From the NCBI GenBank assembly GCA_017694145.1, contig JADINF010000140.1:1-32049 (forward strand): a stretch of DNA of 32,049 nt, given 5' to 3'. Positions 29,779 through 32,049 of the stretch are shown here, piece by piece. This stretch comes from Candidatus Stercoripulliclostridium pullicola. Its GTDB lineage: Bacteria > Bacillota > Clostridia > Christensenellales > DTU072. The position numbers were made by a program, and so were the translations under genes. The notes below the pieces were generated by a model. The model ran no database searches. It was not told where the DNA came from and was given only the letters and a program-made list of their open reading frames with translations. Each line of letters opens with the position of its first letter. The stretch's first letter is position 1.

Positions 29779-32049
29779 TTATTCCTCGTCATCCGCTTCG
29801 TCGTTCTTACGGGAAGCTCTTTTGAGTTTACGTTCCGCGTTCACTTCTTTGATCGCTTCGCCGGTCGCGCTTACGAATGCGCCTACCTTGGAAGCTCCCT
29901 TCTTCAACTTACCCACGGCTTTACCCGTAACGTATTTCACGTAATCGAGATAAGGAACGGGAATGACCACGTGGTCTACCGCGCGCTTACTGACGAGCAC
30001 GTCGAAGGCGACTACCATGAAGTAAACGGCGAGCACGAGGCTGAACGCTCCGAACACGTACATTATAGCCGTCGTGTCGTAGGAAACGGCGAGTACGCCG
30101 TTCGCGTCGTAGCCGGTGACCATATATACGTAAGCGTTATTGACGAAAGCGAATGCCGAATAAAGCGCGAACGCGATATACAGACGGGTTTCTCTGAGAA
30201 GCGCCGCGACGACGAACATCAGCGGAAGCGCGATATATATCGAAGCGGGTTTCATGTTGTTGGCGAACGTCCAGAGCGCGAGGACGGAGGACGCCGCTAT
30301 GAGCGTGAGGTCAATGCGGTTACGGGTACGGAAGTACGCGATGCCGAGCACCACCACTACGAACACTATGAAGATTATCGTCGCCACCACGGACTGCACG
30401 CCCACTTCCGCGAAGTTGTGTCCGAGGAGTCCCTGGAAGTTGAAAGCGTTGGCGGAATACACCGAAGCGCCTTTGACGGTAGCGATATACTTATCGAAAG
30501 CGACGAAGGCGTCGCCCGCCGCGACCTCGTTGAATACGAAAGGCAGGCTTATGAGATAGAAGAGCACGAAGCCGCCGACTATCGCCGAAACGGGAGCGAT
30601 TATGCGCTTGTATTCGCCGTCTTTAAGCGCCTTGTAGATATAATATGCGGTATAGAAAAGTACCGCGGGCACTACGTAAAGCGCGCTCGGCGAAGTCATC
30701 GCCGCGAAGAAATACGCAACCGCCATGCCGATATAACTCTTCTTGTTGAGCAGGAAGTAGAAGGCGAGCACCACGAAGAATGCGACTACGCTTTCGTAGG
30801 ATCCCCAAGCCGCGGAGAGCGAGAAGGTGACCGGTACGAGCGCATAGAAAGACGCGAGCACGGTCGCCGCGGCGTTGCCGTGGCGTTTCTCGATTATCTT
30901 GTAGATCAACGCGACGGTGCCGAGATCTGCGGCTATATTGAAGAGCTTGATGATACATACGACGGCGAGCTCGACGTGGGCGTCGCTCATTTTCATTGCG
31001 GAAAGCGCCCTGCCGATCGCTCCGGCAAGCGTGGACAGATACATCGTCACGGGCATGAGCGTCGTATATGCGGAATAGTATTGATAGAGATAGATCGTCC
31101 CTATCTTGGCGGAAAGCGAACCCATATAAGCTTCGCGTGTAAGGTCGTAGCCGTACTCATTCGAAACGATGGAAGAGCTTCCCGAAATTGCGGTCTGGAT
31201 AAGCGTGATGAGCAACCTTATCAACGCGGCGACGCCGAGCGTGATAAGCAAGCCCGCGGTCTTGGAAGAAACGATCTTCTCGTAGAATTTGTTTTCCGTT
31301 TTTACTCCCTCGAAAGCGAGCGTTCTCGAACGCATGACGTAGAAAACGTAAGCGAGCACGAGAGTCGCCACTCCGCCGAGAACGACGTAAACGACGTTGG
31401 TGGAGGTCGCCTGACCGTAGACCGCGCTCGTCAGAGCGTAATAGCCGTAAGCGTCCTTGTCTTCCTGAGTAAGAGTCGCGCTGTCGACGAGGGTGAGTTT
31501 GACGGATTTGACGTAGACTACGGCGTTGACGGGGTTGTTTTCGTTACCCACGTTGATGGCGAGGTTGAATTCTCTCGTGCCGTCGGTGTGGAAATAGAAA
31601 GTATCCGTTCCGCTCCTCGCGGTAGTTATAACGGAAGCCTTATCGCCCTCTCCGATATTGAAGGAAGGATTCTCGGTGAAACCGATATACAGACCGGCGT
31701 AATAATCGATATCGTCGGTGGTGTCGTAATCGGCTATCGAGTCGACGTCGTAAACGTACTCGATCTTATAATCCGAATAAGGCTTGAGGTAAACGGTCTG
31801 GCTCGCGGTAGCGTAACCGGCGTTTACCGTATTGATCTTGAGACCTTCGGCGTTGGTGCTGAAGACCGAAGAAGCCGAAGCCCCGTGACCGGCGGAAAGA
31901 TTCCATTCCGCGGTGAGCGCGGAAAAATCTTTATAATAAAAATCGCCTTCCGTGGTCGAGAAGGTCAGAATCTGCGTGTCGTAATCTCTGACGATCTTGC
32001 CGGTGCAACCGGTAAGAACGAGCGCGGTAAGCGCGAGCAGTACGACTGC
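29779..32049 (-). CDS. polytopic membrane protein, GT-C glycosyltransferase-like, with a lipobox signal peptide and an extracytoplasmic beta-rich N-terminal domain (5' end outside the window)
   Basis: The track ORF (29779..31551) starts at an internal GTG. The same frame stays open to the right edge and there reads AVVLLALTALVLTGC|TGKIVRDYDTQ..., a hydrophobic h-region plus an L-T-G-C lipobox. About 200 non-hydrophobic Tyr/Asp/Thr-rich residues follow, then about 12-13 hydrophobic segments with one large loop (YSANAFNFQGLLGHNF), and finally a Lys/Arg-rich then acidic cytoplasmic tail. Confidence 0.8.
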   Translation of the reverse strand, partial: AVVLLALTALVLTGCTGKIVRDYDTQILTFSTTEGDFYYKDFSALTAEWNLSAGHGASASSVFSTNAEGLKINTVNAGYATASQTVYLKPYSDYKIEYVYDVDSIADYDTTDDIDYYAGLYIGFTENPSFNIGEGDKASVITTARSGTDTFYFHTDGTREFNLAINVGNENNPVNAVVYVKSVKLTLVDSATLTQEDKDAYGYYALTSAVYGQATSTNVVYVVLGGVATLVLAYVFYVMRSRTLAFEGVKTENKFYEKIVSSKTAGLLITLGVAALIRLLITLIQTAISGSSSIVSNEYGYDLTREAYMGSLSAKIGTIYLYQYYSAYTTLMPVTMYLSTLAGAIGRALSAMKMSDAHVELAVVCIIKLFNIAADLGTVALIYKIIEKRHGNAAATVLASFYALVPVTFSLSAAWGSYESVVAFFVVLAFYFLLNKKSYIGMAVAYFFAAMTSPSALYVVPAVLFYTAYYIYKALKDGEYKRIIAPVSAIVGGFVLFYLISLPFVFNEVAAGDAFVAFDKYIATVKGASVYSANAFNFQGLLGHNFAEVGVQSVVATIIFIVFVVVVLGIAYFRTRNRIDLTLIAASSVLALWTFANNMKPASIYIALPLMFVVAALLRETRLYIAFALYSAFAFVNNAYVYMVTGYDANGVLAVSYDTTAIMYVFGAFSLVLAVYFMVVAFDVLVSKRAVDHVVIPVPYLDYVKYVTGKAVGKLKKGASKVGAFVSATGEAIKEVNAERKLKRASRKNDEADDEE

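Overview
The window holds 27 protein-coding genes, all on the minus strand, separated by short gaps or start/stop overlaps. I found no gene on the plus strand. I also found no tRNA, rRNA, CRISPR array, transposase, integrase or phage-like gene, and no intergenic gap longer than about 170 nt.

The content is core housekeeping. Gene order follows well-known Firmicutes (Bacillus/Clostridia-type) syntenic blocks. Read in the direction of transcription (right to left), these are:
- a polytopic membrane lipoprotein, 5' end outside the window
- comM-dprA-topA-trmFO-hslV-hslU
- hisS-aspS
- rseC-like-trxA-glyA-iscS-iscU
- lepA-hemW
- (promoter + CIRCE) hrcA-grpE-dnaK-dnaJ-prmA-mtaB-HIT-fused ABC transporter
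- rpsU
- a 135-aa orphan
- dnaG, 3' end outside the window

DnaK lacks the roughly 20-residue N-terminal insert typical of Gram-negative DnaK, which fits a monoderm Firmicutes-like source.

Two real genes are missing from the supplied ORF track: rpsU (58 aa, below the size cut-off) and the dnaG fragment (it runs off the edge and has no canonical start).

Regulatory elements readable directly from the sequence are:
- a perfect TTGACA-17-TATAAT promoter followed by a slightly degenerate CIRCE operator in front of hrcA
- a good sigma-A promoter and a textbook intrinsic terminator flanking rpsU
- a terminator after hemW

I do not see convincing evidence for a new multi-gene system such as a defence, mobile or biosynthetic locus. 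This looks like an ordinary core region. The least-understood items are:
- the lipobox-bearing, GT-C-like membrane protein with an extracytoplasmic beta-rich domain
- the orphan 135-aa acidic protein upstream of dnaG
- the apparently non-canonical (AUU/AUA) start of dnaG
- the fused MacB-type ABC transporter at the tail of the heat-shock operon

All family assignments come from motif recognition by eye. No database search was run.
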